64,000 nt of DNA from Nitrospirota bacterium (GTDB lineage Bacteria; Nitrospirota; UBA9217). This document shows positions 47,081 to 57,549 of the stretch, piece by piece. The stretch is taken from assembly GCA_963845065.1 (NCBI GenBank), contig CAWJQQ010000002.1, positions 96,001 to 160,000 on the forward strand, written 5' to 3'. The notes beneath the pieces were generated by a model. The model worked only from the letters and a program-made list of their open reading frames with translations, made no database searches and was not told where the DNA came from. The translations under genes were made by a program, and so were the position numbers. Positions within the stretch are counted from its first letter, which is position 1; each line of letters begins with the position of its first letter.

Positions 47081-48850
47081 TTACTTTGCCACGAACGTTT
47101 GAATGCTGTACCTGTCCTTAGCAAATAGCCCTCCTGGGGTTTTCACCAGCGCCAGGATGTTTGCTCCCATACCCCCCTGCGGTATAACCTGGAAGTCGGG
47201 AACGGCGCCTTCAACATCTTTAACGATCCAACGCTGTTCGAGCCGCGCCCCTGTCCATCCCAGACTGACGATATCGGCATTCGTATAACTTTTAAGGAAG
47301 GTATCGCCGATATTTTTCACCAGAATGATCTCGTCCTTGCCGTCCCCATTCACGTCAAGCGCAAAGACTCTGCCAGTAATCCTGACCTTCTGGCTACTTT
47401 GCGATTCGCCGACGGACTGGGAAATAACGCCGACAGGGTCCGTTACCGGCTTGTTCAGGGATATCCCGATGGACGGATACGCTTCTTCGCTCCTCCAGAT
47501 GCGGGCATCCTTTGAGTAAACGGCCACGTGGTCTTTATCGGTAAGCGCGACGAGAACAGGGCTGGCTTCTCCGACATTGGCGAAAACGAATCCGTAGAAG
47601 CTTAACTCGCTCGGCAAAGAGATTTCCCGGCCAAGAGCATATCTTCCGTTGGCCCAGTCATACTGCCTCGGCGGCCCGGCATAAAACGTCCTCGGATCGT
47701 AATCCTGGCCGATAAGTATCCTCCCCATGCCGGGGTACGCGATGACGCGGAGAAAACCGGGAACGTCGGCAATTCTCTGATACGTACCATTCCGCAATTC
47801 TACCACATAAGAAACGACCTTACCGCTTCTCATCTCCGTCACGAAAATCTGCGGCCGGCCGTCACCGTTGATGTCCGCAATATCGAGGTTGATGTGTTGA
47901 ACCTCATCACTCAAGGGTGGTTCCGGTTCCACCCATTCTTCGTGCCAACCCATCGCGTTCCGGCGGAAGATATGGAGTCTGGTACCGTCGGAAAAAACAT
48001 ATTCCAGCTCGCCGTTTCCTTCGAGGTCTGCCGCCGCAAACAGCTGCGCATCAAAGGGCAAATTGGTAATGCTGCTCTTGTCCACTTTCATCGGCAAAAA
48101 ATAAGGCTTCACTTCACCGAACGTATCTTTTTTTGTCTTTAAATCTATCATGGCAACAATTGTGTCAAGCGATCGAGCCTCGTCGGCGTAATACAACCTC
48201 GTAGTCACGAGGATTTTTCCACCTTCTGCAGGGTAGACCCCCACTGCCGCGATCACGTCCAGGTTGAAGGCCTTGCTCATTTCACGGATAAGCGAATCGT
48301 CCCGCTGCTTTTTCCCTCTGAGAAACTCCGCAGCCTTTGCGCTATCGAGGAGCGTAAATCTTCCCAGTTCATTCAGTCGTTCGGCCAGGCCTTGAATGAT
48401 CTCCGGTCGATCGGCCCTGACCGGAAGGATTGCGAGCTTGATCTTTTTCGGCGTGATCCTCGCCTTGTCTCCGGGCTTAGGGTCCTGCACTCTGTCCGTC
48501 ACCACGGCTGTTGAAGTTGTCTCCGACAGACTCAGTACTTCGGCAGTGCCTACCGGGACTTCGGCACGGCCGATCACCTCGCCGGTAACGGGGTGACGGA
48601 TTTCCTTGCCGTCCCGCCAAAGCTTAAGCTCTAAACCCGGCGTTAATCCGTCTTTCGTACCGAGGGCGATAGTGAGCTGATCGCCGTTCACTGCTTTTAC
48701 CTCACCCTGGACTTTGGGAAAATACGATTCAATCTCTGTTGCAAGCTGGTCGATAGACGTATATTCTTCCACGCCGAGGGGCTTTTCACCGGCTTTCACG
48801 ACGGCACTCATGGATAGGAGCAGCAAGAAAACAATGAATATTTTTTTCAT
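47081..48850 (-). CDS. Exported FG-GAP/VCBS-repeat protein
   Basis: Signal peptide; DLEGNG, DINGDGRPQI and DVNGDGKDEI repeats. Confidence 0.8.
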   Translation of the reverse strand: MKKIFIVFLLLLSMSAVVKAGEKPLGVEEYTSIDQLATEIESYFPKVQGEVKAVNGDQLTIALGTKDGLTPGLELKLWRDGKEIRHPVTGEVIGRAEVPVGTAEVLSLSETTSTAVVTDRVQDPKPGDKARITPKKIKLAILPVRADRPEIIQGLAERLNELGRFTLLDSAKAAEFLRGKKQRDDSLIREMSKAFNLDVIAAVGVYPAEGGKILVTTRLYYADEARSLDTIVAMIDLKTKKDTFGEVKPYFLPMKVDKSSITNLPFDAQLFAAADLEGNGELEYVFSDGTRLHIFRRNAMGWHEEWVEPEPPLSDEVQHINLDIADINGDGRPQIFVTEMRSGKVVSYVVELRNGTYQRIADVPGFLRVIAYPGMGRILIGQDYDPRTFYAGPPRQYDWANGRYALGREISLPSELSFYGFVFANVGEASPVLVALTDKDHVAVYSKDARIWRSEEAYPSIGISLNKPVTDPVGVISQSVGESQSSQKVRITGRVFALDVNGDGKDEIILVKNIGDTFLKSYTNADIVSLGWTGARLEQRWIVKDVEGAVPDFQVIPQGGMGANILALVKTPGGLFAKDRYSIQTFVAK

Positions 48851-49006
48851 ACTTCTGGAAACCTCTTTTCTATTGGTCTCAAAATCCTGTCCTTCATGGC
48901 GTTGTGGCCTTTGCTATACATCTGTGCCCGGAAAGTAAAATTGCTGTTTCATAGCGTACTGCGCGATTTTCCTATATCGGCAATTCCAACCCATCATTAC
49001 CCGCCG

Positions 49007-51199
49007 TCAGTCAATCATCACGCGGATCTCTGTTTCCCACGACGAGCGAGGTCGAAGCGAAATACGCCAGATCGGCATAACCATCGAACTCTGGTACACT
49101 CGTTCGAACCCGCCTTCCGACTGCGATACCGTCTCGACCGGTGCTCGCCAAAGTATTGCCGGCTGCATGAACGCAAGTGAGAGCTTGAGTTTAAGCCATT
49201 CATCGACAATGCTCACCTTGCTCACGCTGTTGATCTCCCCCATCGACGCCAGGTTTCGCTTGTCCAGGGTATGGCCCGGGATATCATAATACCGGTCGTG
49301 GGCATTCCCCGCAAGGAGTGAAAAATTGAATTCGCTGCCGAAGGAGGTATTCAGCTCCTCAGTACTCACATTCGTGATCTCGAACGTCACGGTAAACTCC
49401 GGTGAGGCCTTAGCCAGTGATATTTCCTTCTTGAGCCGCACGCTGAGTCCTTCCACCTGCCCCGTGCGTTCGAGGATGACGACGACCTTCCCCGGCTTTT
49501 TGTGTTTGACGCTATAATCGCCGAGGACGAAATCCCCTGCCTCGTAGTATTCGGACCGCATGAAACTGGTGAGGTCTACGCCGGATCCCAGAAAATGGTC
49601 GAGCAGAGAGCCGCGGGTGTACCAATCGTAAAGCAGATGATACTGGAGCCCCTCCTCCTTCATGGCCACGCGATCGTGAATGGTCCTTGCGCCGCCATCC
49701 TGCTGCCCCGCACCAGCCTGTGCGGCTGCGTGGAGAATTTTATCATGATAGCCCTCACGCCTGCGCGTAAGCGTGTTCATAAGGTTGAATGAACGGGGCT
49801 TCCAGTCGAACTCCGATATCCTTCCGCCTTCTGCCGGATCAATGAAGAGGTTCAGCAGTTCGGAATTCAGCATGACCTCCTCACGCCCGTACTGGTCGAA
49901 ATCCCCGCGCTCAATCTCCAGCCACGAAGGTTCTGATTTTTTCTTCTGTTTCCCCTGACCCTTGCCCCCCGCCCCTGTTCCCTTCAAGGCCTTGTCCGCA
50001 AGAAACTCTGCCTGGATCACCTGCTCATAGACTGCTGATCTAAGATGCGGCAGATAAAGCCCGCCGAAGACGCCATGCCAGTATGCGTCGTTGCACTGCG
50101 ACTGGTAGAGATGATCGAGCATCCTTGCTGCCTCGGCATTCTTCTTCACGCCCTGGCCGTTCAAAACCTCGAGCGCGGCACTCACCTTCCTGCTCGCCAT
50201 CATCATGCGCTTGTGCATGTGGTTGCTTTCGGAGTACTTGGCGAGAAAATTTCTCCACATCCCGCCCTTGATGAAAGGCCTGAGATCCGCAAAATCGGGC
50301 GACTGTTTGACCTTTTCCAGGGCATCGGTATACTCCCTCATAGCGCGCGTTGGGAGCGCCCACTCTCCCATTTCCATATAGGAAGCGGTCGGCAGATAGA
50401 TTTTGCCGCGCGGCCGTTCTTTTCCAAGATAATCTGAAAAAGTCGTAGTCTCAAGCCACTCGCCATTTTGCTCGAGCAGGGTGAAGAGCCGTTCGAGCCA
50501 TCCTTCCTCGTACACCGTACGATAGGTCTCGGGCCAGACGCCGAACTTTTCGCCATCGTCCGCCATGACTGCAAGCCTGTTTCGTTCCGTTGAACGGAGG
50601 CAGGAAAGAAGTTCAATTGCCTTTTCGGGCCGCTGAAAGGGCATGAGGTACCTAAGTTTCTCGCTTCCTGGAAAGATGCGGATGAGGCTATCCAACTCCT
50701 CAGTGAGGTAATAGCCGTCCAGCTCGTCTTCGCGGAGGCCTGCCATCTTGAAGTGGAAATCATCAACCACAACATGGTTGATCCCGGCGACGGCGAGTGA
50801 CTTCGGCAGGTGCGGTTCCCACACCCGCTCCGCAAGCCACATGCCTTGCGCATCGTAACCGAATTTATGGCGGATATAGTCCGAGAGTGTTCGGATCTGC
50901 CCTACCTTATCCTCGTCAGGAAGAACGGCGAGGATAGGCTCGTAAAACCCGCCCGACAGAATTTCCACTCTTCCGTCATGCACCAGCTGTTTCAGCAGAT
51001 CGATGAATTCCGGATGCTTCTGCTCAAAAAAGTGATAGAGTATTCCGGTATAGTGCAGAGTGATCTTGATCGAACGGTGGCTTTCAAGCGTCTTAAGAAA
51101 CGGCAGGTATGACTTCTGGTACGCGTCCTCGGCAACGAACTCGAAATTCCCGACTGGCTGGTGATTATGGATAGCAAAAATAAATTGTACTTTCGGCAT
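49007..51199 (-). CDS. GH57 alpha-amylase/4-alpha-glucanotransferase
   Basis: HNHQPVGN, GMWLAERVW, DDGEKFG and SQCNDAYWHGVFGG. Confidence 0.92.
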   Translation of the reverse strand: MPKVQFIFAIHNHQPVGNFEFVAEDAYQKSYLPFLKTLESHRSIKITLHYTGILYHFFEQKHPEFIDLLKQLVHDGRVEILSGGFYEPILAVLPDEDKVGQIRTLSDYIRHKFGYDAQGMWLAERVWEPHLPKSLAVAGINHVVVDDFHFKMAGLREDELDGYYLTEELDSLIRIFPGSEKLRYLMPFQRPEKAIELLSCLRSTERNRLAVMADDGEKFGVWPETYRTVYEEGWLERLFTLLEQNGEWLETTTFSDYLGKERPRGKIYLPTASYMEMGEWALPTRAMREYTDALEKVKQSPDFADLRPFIKGGMWRNFLAKYSESNHMHKRMMMASRKVSAALEVLNGQGVKKNAEAARMLDHLYQSQCNDAYWHGVFGGLYLPHLRSAVYEQVIQAEFLADKALKGTGAGGKGQGKQKKKSEPSWLEIERGDFDQYGREEVMLNSELLNLFIDPAEGGRISEFDWKPRSFNLMNTLTRRREGYHDKILHAAAQAGAGQQDGGARTIHDRVAMKEEGLQYHLLYDWYTRGSLLDHFLGSGVDLTSFMRSEYYEAGDFVLGDYSVKHKKPGKVVVILERTGQVEGLSVRLKKEISLAKASPEFTVTFEITNVSTEELNTSFGSEFNFSLLAGNAHDRYYDIPGHTLDKRNLASMGEINSVSKVSIVDEWLKLKLSLAFMQPAILWRAPVETVSQSEGGFERVYQSSMVMPIWRISLRPRSSWETEIRVMID

Positions 51200-51470
51200 C
51201 AAGGTAAACCTGTTTCCCGGACTTTCCACTGCTTGTACAAACAGATTTAGATATTAGCCTTATAGTCCCGAAAAGTCAATGAAAAATCGGGAATGGAGCG
51301 CTATCTGATCAGGTTAAGACGCTGCCAGCCGTCTTTCTCTGTGAGAAATTTTTCTTTTTGTCCAGTCTCACAACAGTGGAAACACCAAAGGCTAAAGCCG
51401 CCTGCTGGCGATGTCTTGAGACGGGATTTCTAGTGCGGCATAATAGGTTACCTTGCCCGTGAGCAGGAGA

Positions 51471-52202
51471 TCATGCTGTTTTCTTGACCATAATACCGGC
51501 GAGATAGAAAAAGAACAGGGAATAGGCTCCGAGAACGAGCACCGAGACAACGTGCGAATTGTTTCCTGAGCCGAGAGCGCGGAGCAAGAGGCTTGCGTGC
51601 GTGAGCGGGTAGACCAGAATAAGGCTGCGAAAGGGCTCAGGCATCCTGTCGGGAGAAAAAAACGTTCCAGCCAGGAATGACATGGGAATAATGAAAAAAC
51701 TGTTGAAATTGGCCATATCCTCGTGAGAACGCGCTATCATGGCTGCAGCCACGCCTGCGGCGCCGAAGCAGAATGCCGTCAATCCGAGGATGGCAAAAAA
51801 AGAGACAGACACATCCAGGTGTACACCTGAAGCAAACCCGACAATAAGGAGCGCGAGCGCAGAGAACATACCACGCACAAACCCGGTTAGCGTCCTGCCA
51901 AGCGCGATGTCCCAGTGACTAACCGGAGAAACGAGCACTTCTTCGATCGTTTTGGTGTAGAGCTTGCTGATATTGAGCGACGTAGATACCGGACCAAAGC
52001 TGTTATTCATGGCAGACAGCGCCAGAATCCCAGGCAGCACGAAGTCGAGGTATTTACCGCCTCCCACATTCATACCCCTCCCGAGGCCCCAGCCGAAGGT
52101 AACAAAGTAGAGGACCGGCATGACCATGCTCGATGCAAGGAACCGCCAGGGTTTCTTGCGGATGAGCATCATTTCTTTCCAGAAAATGGGGTAGAAATTC
52201 AC
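51471..52202 (-). CDS. ABC-2 type transporter permease
   Basis: YLDFVLPGI and FLAGTFFS...PLTH; multiple TM helices. Confidence 0.88.
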   Translation of the reverse strand: MNFYPIFWKEMMLIRKKPWRFLASSMVMPVLYFVTFGWGLGRGMNVGGGKYLDFVLPGILALSAMNNSFGPVSTSLNISKLYTKTIEEVLVSPVSHWDIALGRTLTGFVRGMFSALALLIVGFASGVHLDVSVSFFAILGLTAFCFGAAGVAAAMIARSHEDMANFNSFFIIPMSFLAGTFFSPDRMPEPFRSLILVYPLTHASLLLRALGSGNNSHVVSVLVLGAYSLFFFYLAGIMVKKTA

Positions 52203-52314
52203 AACACCTCAATAACCAGCAGGGCGATTAAAAGGCACGGGAGAAGCCGGGCACTTAAGCTTCTGCGGCTTTCTGTCACACTTCACCCTACTGTCTACTG
52301 CCTCCTGTTTTTAC

Positions 52315-53154
52315 TTAACCTTCGATTCGCTCTCCGGTCACACTGATAAATACGTCTTCAAGCGTAACATCGCGGGCCACTACATCACAGCCCATGCCCT
52401 TGCCCGCTTCGAGCGCTTCTTCCCGGCTCCATAAAAAACGTCGCGGCACATCGTGTCTGCCGAGACATTCAAGGACATATCGTCCCACAACTGCCTTGAG
52501 GTCAGCGGGCGCACCAAGCGCCATCATTTTTCCTGCACGCATGATTGCTACCCGGTCACAGAGATAATCCGCTTCCTCAATATAGTGCGTCGTCAAAAGG
52601 ATCGTGATGCCGTTTTTCTTAAGGTCTTGTACGAGCCCCCAGATCATCCGCCGCGCCTGGGGATCCAGACCCACTGTAGGTTCGTCCATGAACACCACTC
52701 CGGGGCGGTGCATGAGCCCCCGGGCGATCAACAGTCTCCTGCGCATGCCGCCGGAAAGGTGGTCAACGGGGGAGTCCCTCTTGTCCCAGAGACCGACAAA
52801 GCGAAGTAGTTCCGCGGTCCTGGTCGTGCGGTCCGCAGAAACCATCTTGTGGAGCCTGCCGTGATATTCCAGATTTTCGCTGCAGGTGAGTTCGATATCG
52901 AGGTTCAGCATCTGCGGCACTACACCGATCGAGCGCCTGACTTCCAGCGGGTCGGTCACCACATCGTGACCCGCCACCATAGCGGAGCCCGATGAGGGAG
53001 CAAGGAGAGTCGTAAGCATCCGGATCGTCGTGGTCTTGCCGGCCCCATTCGGGCCGAGCAGACCGAAGACCTCGCCTTTGCCGACACTGAAGTTGACAGA
53101 CTGCACGGCACCGATAGCTCCGAAGTGTTTCGTAAGATTATGAGTTTCTATCAT
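52315..53154 (-). CDS. ABC transporter ATP-binding protein (DrrA/NodI-like)
   Basis: GPNGAGKTT, LSGGMRRR and DEPTVGLD. Confidence 0.92.
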   Translation of the reverse strand: MIETHNLTKHFGAIGAVQSVNFSVGKGEVFGLLGPNGAGKTTTIRMLTTLLAPSSGSAMVAGHDVVTDPLEVRRSIGVVPQMLNLDIELTCSENLEYHGRLHKMVSADRTTRTAELLRFVGLWDKRDSPVDHLSGGMRRRLLIARGLMHRPGVVFMDEPTVGLDPQARRMIWGLVQDLKKNGITILLTTHYIEEADYLCDRVAIMRAGKMMALGAPADLKAVVGRYVLECLGRHDVPRRFLWSREEALEAGKGMGCDVVARDVTLEDVFISVTGERIEG

Positions 53155-53345
53155 GCGCTCAGTGAGCAAGAAACACCGTATGTTACCGATGAACACAAAT
53201 TAAAACTTAAACTACACATTGCGTAAATGTTCACCGATTTAATAAGACCGACGGCAAACCATATCTTTTTCGAACCCGGCGGACAAGTCTTCTTCTGCAA
53301 ATTATTTACCTGTGAATATCCTTATCCGTCTATGGCATGTTTTTC

Positions 53346-54731
53346 TCAATCCTCGGCTTCGATCCCCAGCGACTTGATCTTTCGGTGCAGGTTGCTCCGC
53401 TCCACGCTGATGGCGTCGGCAGTCTTGCTCACGTTCCCACCGTTCTCTTTGAGCTTCTGGGAAATGAACTCGCGCTCAAACTCGGCACGGGCGTCCCTTA
53501 GTGTTGCATTGTCGTGTCGCGTCCGCATGATAGCCGTGCCCTCCTGGAATTTCTGGTCCGCGAGCGACGCATTGATGGGCGGTGGAACGTCACGTGCCGA
53601 GAGCACTGGCCGGGGAACCATGATCATCAGCCGCTCGATACTGTTCCGTAGTTCGCGTACGTTTCCCGGCCATGGATACCGGACAAAGAGCTCAAGGGCA
53701 TCTTCGTCGATGACTTTGGTCTTCTGGCCGTATTCGGCGGAGAACTCGTGCAAAAAATAGCGTACCAGGTGCGGAATATCATCCTGCCGTTCGCGGAGAG
53801 GCGGTACTTCGAGCGGGATCACATTCAGACGATAATAGAGGTCTTCGCGGAAAGAGCCCTTTTTGATTTCCTCTGCGAGCTTCTTGTTCGATGCCGCAAC
53901 CACGCGCACATCGGCCTTGAGCGTTTTGGTGCCGCCCACGCGCTGGAACTCCTGGCCTTCCAGCACCCGCAGCACTTTGGCCTGCGTGGCCATGCTCATG
54001 TCGGCGATCTCGTCGAGAAAAATGGTCCCGCCATGGGCCAGCTCGAACTTCCCCCGCTTCATGCCCGTTGCCCCGGTGAAGGACCCCTTCTCGTGGCCGA
54101 AAAGCTCGCTCTCAATGAGCTCCTGCGGGATGGCAGCGCAGTTCACCTCGACGAATGGACCATTCGCTCGTTTGCTTGCCCGGTGGATGGCGCGGGCAAC
54201 CAGCTCCTTGCCCGTCCCGCTCTCGCCGTGAATAAGAACCCAGCCGTTCGTCGGTCCAGCGAGCGCGATCTGCTGTTTGAGTGTTGTAATCGTGGCACTG
54301 GCACCCACAATTTCGTAGCGCCGCTCGATGCTCTGCTTGAGGGTTGCGTTCTCTTCGCGCAGCCGGGATTCTTCTATCCCGTGCTTCACAACGAGCGTAA
54401 GGTGCTGCAGTTCCGGAGGCTTCACAAGGAAGTCGTAAGCCCCCATCTTCGTCGTCTTGACCGCGATCTCAATGGTCCCGTGGCCGGTGACCATGATAAC
54501 CGGCATTTCTGGCCTGATCTCCTTGAACCGACGGAGCGTTTCGATCCCGTCCAGTTCAGGCATAGTAATATCAAGCAGCGCGAGCGATGGCTGTGTTTCA
54601 GACAGCATGTCGATGCCTTCCTTGCCGGAGGACGCAGCCATTACTTCATAACCTTCGTCGCGCATCACGTCGGCAAGACTTTTGCGCACGCTTTCTTCGT
54701 CGTCGACTATGAGGATGAGTTCATTGGACAC
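53346..54731 (-). CDS. Sigma54-dependent response regulator (NtrX/NtrC family)
   Basis: REC domain, GESGTGKE, GSFTGA variant of GAFTGA, C-terminal HTH. Confidence 0.92.
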   Translation of the reverse strand: MSNELILIVDDEESVRKSLADVMRDEGYEVMAASSGKEGIDMLSETQPSLALLDITMPELDGIETLRRFKEIRPEMPVIMVTGHGTIEIAVKTTKMGAYDFLVKPPELQHLTLVVKHGIEESRLREENATLKQSIERRYEIVGASATITTLKQQIALAGPTNGWVLIHGESGTGKELVARAIHRASKRANGPFVEVNCAAIPQELIESELFGHEKGSFTGATGMKRGKFELAHGGTIFLDEIADMSMATQAKVLRVLEGQEFQRVGGTKTLKADVRVVAASNKKLAEEIKKGSFREDLYYRLNVIPLEVPPLRERQDDIPHLVRYFLHEFSAEYGQKTKVIDEDALELFVRYPWPGNVRELRNSIERLMIMVPRPVLSARDVPPPINASLADQKFQEGTAIMRTRHDNATLRDARAEFEREFISQKLKENGGNVSKTADAISVERSNLHRKIKSLGIEAED

Positions 54732-54766
54732 GTTATTCCCCTTGATGCCATCGTCCTTATTCCACG

Positions 54767-55888
54767 TTAACGCTTCAGTCCTTTTACGAGTTTCTCAATC
54801 ACGCAGTCGATCTCAGTTTCCGCAGTCTCCCTGCCTAGGCTGAACCGTATTGCACCGCGGGCGAACGCCAGGTCCGTACCCATTGCTGCAAGTACATGAG
54901 ACGGCTCGATGAGGTCGCCGTGGCAGGCCGCCCCCGGCGACACAGCTACACCGGAAAGGGCCTCCATCACGGACATCGCATCGAATCCGGCGAAACTGAT
55001 GCTCCAGGTATTCGGAAGTTTCTTCTCGGGGTGACCATTAAGCTGTACTATTAAGCCCGCCTGCTTCACTCCGTCGAGCAATCTCCTTCCAAGCTTCAGC
55101 TGGCGTGAACCTTCGCTCTCAATAATCGGCGCTGCAACCATGGCAGCAGCACCGAGGCCGACGATGAAGGCTGCATTTTCGGTCCCGGGCCGCAGACCCC
55201 GTTCATGCCCTGCCCCGTGCAAAAGCGGTTCGATCTTCCGTCCGCTCTTGATGTAAAGGGCACCTATCCCCTTCGGCGCATAGAACTTGTGGCCTGCCAC
55301 AGTCAGAAAATCCACGCCAAGCTCCTCGACCGATAAGGGAACCTTCCCGACGCTCTGTGCTGCATCGGTATGGAACATGACACCGCGTGATGATGCGATC
55401 CGGGCAAGCCCTTTGATGTCCTGGATCGTACCGACTTCATTGTTCGAGTGCATGATCGAGACGAGGCAAGTATTCGGTGTCATGGCTTTCTCGAGATCGG
55501 CAGGGTTAACCATCCCGTATTGGTCCACAGAAAGATAGGTCACGATGTATCCTTGCCTCTCGAGATGGCGGCAGGGTTCGAGCACTGCAGGATGCTCGAT
55601 CTTCGTCGTGATGATATGGCTCCCTTTAGGCGAACCGGCAGCAACCCCCTTGATAACCATATTGTTCGATTCAGTGGCGCCGCTGGTGAAGATGATCTCT
55701 GATGTTTCACAGCCGAGAAGTAGCGCGGTCCATTCCCGCGCCTGTTCGATACCTGCCCTGCAGGCGACTCCGAAGCTGTGGCTGCTCGAAGGATTGCCGA
55801 ACGTGCCCTTCAAATACGGCAGCATTTCCTCCAGCACCTGGGGCGCCACGGGCGTGCTTGCATTATAGTCGAGATAGATGGGAATCAT
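54767..55888 (-). CDS. Second cysteine desulfurase/selenocysteine lyase-like aminotransferase class V
   Basis: YLDYNAST, GHKFYAPKG and GAACH. Confidence 0.88.
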   Translation of the reverse strand: MIPIYLDYNASTPVAPQVLEEMLPYLKGTFGNPSSSHSFGVACRAGIEQAREWTALLLGCETSEIIFTSGATESNNMVIKGVAAGSPKGSHIITTKIEHPAVLEPCRHLERQGYIVTYLSVDQYGMVNPADLEKAMTPNTCLVSIMHSNNEVGTIQDIKGLARIASSRGVMFHTDAAQSVGKVPLSVEELGVDFLTVAGHKFYAPKGIGALYIKSGRKIEPLLHGAGHERGLRPGTENAAFIVGLGAAAMVAAPIIESEGSRQLKLGRRLLDGVKQAGLIVQLNGHPEKKLPNTWSISFAGFDAMSVMEALSGVAVSPGAACHGDLIEPSHVLAAMGTDLAFARGAIRFSLGRETAETEIDCVIEKLVKGLKR

Positions 55889-55918
55889 TTTTATGCAGGA
55901 TCATCCTGGATGCGACGA

Positions 55919-56468
55919 TTATTTTAAGTACATATCAAATAGGTTCATGACGCCGACGACGGCAGCAGTGAGAAACGAAACAATGGCAAATCCCACCACT
56001 TTCGTGCGCCCCGCGCTCGCGAGACTCATAATGCCCTGATAGAGCGGGCAGATCGCGATTTAAACAATCCAGCCAAGTTTTGGTAAGCGGCAACTTGGCC
56101 AGCGACAAAAAATGGAATAAACGAGTACGCCGCGATCGTAAACCTTTGGAGGCTGCTCCAACGAGATCCAGATGACGTGATAATCGCTATGATCACGAAG
56201 CCAGCCACGACAAAATTCAAAACATACATGCAGTACCAGATCAGTTGGTGAACGCGATATACCCGAAGGACGGCCGGACGACGCCGTTCGATAACGTATG
56301 GCCAAGTATGTATCGGCCCGCAATTGCTGCTGCAGGCGGGGTCGCTGCGAAGATAGCAACATAGCGAAAGAGAATATCCCGGTAGGCAGCCGGTTCGTCC
56401 TTGATCACTTGCCACATAGTCATGGGCTTAAACAGCTTCCCGCCGATGCGGTTCGCTGAAGCCTTCAT
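55919..56468 (-). pseudogene. Disrupted Yip1-family membrane protein
   Basis: Yip1-like start (LFKP...WQVIKDEP) and AYSFIP motif split over three frames with an internal TAA. Confidence 0.6.
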
Positions 56469-57400
56469 GTTCCGGTCTTCAGGTCGAACAGCCCCGTGGT
56501 CAAATACCGCTCACCGACGTCGGGAAAGACCGTCACGACCCGCTTGCCTTTGCCGAGCCGAGCTGCGACCCGGAGCGTTGCCCAGCACGCCGCGCCTGAT
56601 GAGATGCCGACGAGCAATCCCTCTTCGCGGGCAAGCCGCCGCGAGGTGTCCGCTGCATCTTCGTTCGAAACCGTGATGACCTCATCGTAAATCTTGGTGT
56701 TCAAAATCGCTGGCACAAAATTCGCGCCGATGCCCTGGATCGTGTGGGGACCGGGCTGCCCGCCAGAGAGCAGCGGTGAGGAAGCTGGCTCGACGGCGAC
56801 GATTTTAATATTTTTGAATTTCTTTCGGAACGCCTCGCCCACGCCGGTGATCGTACCTCCGGTACCAACACCTGCTACGAAGGCGTCGATTTTTTTCGCG
56901 CCCATTTGCGCGAGGATTTCCTTTGCAGTGACCACGCGGTGCACCTGGGAGTTCGCTGGATTCCCAAACTGGTCGGGCTTGAAATATGCCTTGCCGGATG
57001 CAAGAAGCTCATCCGCTTTTGTGGTGGCGCCTTTCATTCCCTGTGCCGCAGGCGTCAGCACCAACTCGGCGCCGTAGGCCTGGAGGAGTTTGCGGCGCTC
57101 GATAGACATCGATTCGGGCATGGTCAGGATAATACGGTAACCTTTGACAGCTGCGACCATGGCAAGCCCGATGCCTGTATTGCCGCTCGTGGGCTCAACG
57201 ATCGTCATGCCTTTTTTGAGCTTTCCTTTTTTCTCCGCATCCTCGATCATGGCGAGGGCTGGCCGGTCCTTCACGCTCCCGCCAGGATTGAATCCCTCCA
57301 GTTTGGCCCAGACTTCAGCGCCGTCTCCGGCCGTCAGCCTGTTGAGTTTCAGCAGCGGCGTGTTACCGATTAGATCCAGTACGGTTTTTATCCTCGCCAT
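56465..57400 (-). CDS. cysK: Cysteine synthase A
   Basis: NPGGSVKDR, EPTSGNTG, GVGTGGT and HTIQGIG. Confidence 0.95.
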   Translation of the reverse strand: MARIKTVLDLIGNTPLLKLNRLTAGDGAEVWAKLEGFNPGGSVKDRPALAMIEDAEKKGKLKKGMTIVEPTSGNTGIGLAMVAAVKGYRIILTMPESMSIERRKLLQAYGAELVLTPAAQGMKGATTKADELLASGKAYFKPDQFGNPANSQVHRVVTAKEILAQMGAKKIDAFVAGVGTGGTITGVGEAFRKKFKNIKIVAVEPASSPLLSGGQPGPHTIQGIGANFVPAILNTKIYDEVITVSNEDAADTSRRLAREEGLLVGISSGAACWATLRVAARLGKGKRVVTVFPDVGERYLTTGLFDLKTGT

Positions 57401-57549
57401 GAAAGATCCTTTCTTAGGGGAACATGATGATCTTGCAAAAAACCAATTAAACCACAGGTTCCTGGTGAGAACCTATAAGCCCCGGCTCTTATTCGATCTG
57501 TCTAAACGTCATAGTGATGGATATTGAGCTATTTTGAATGCGTTAGCCA

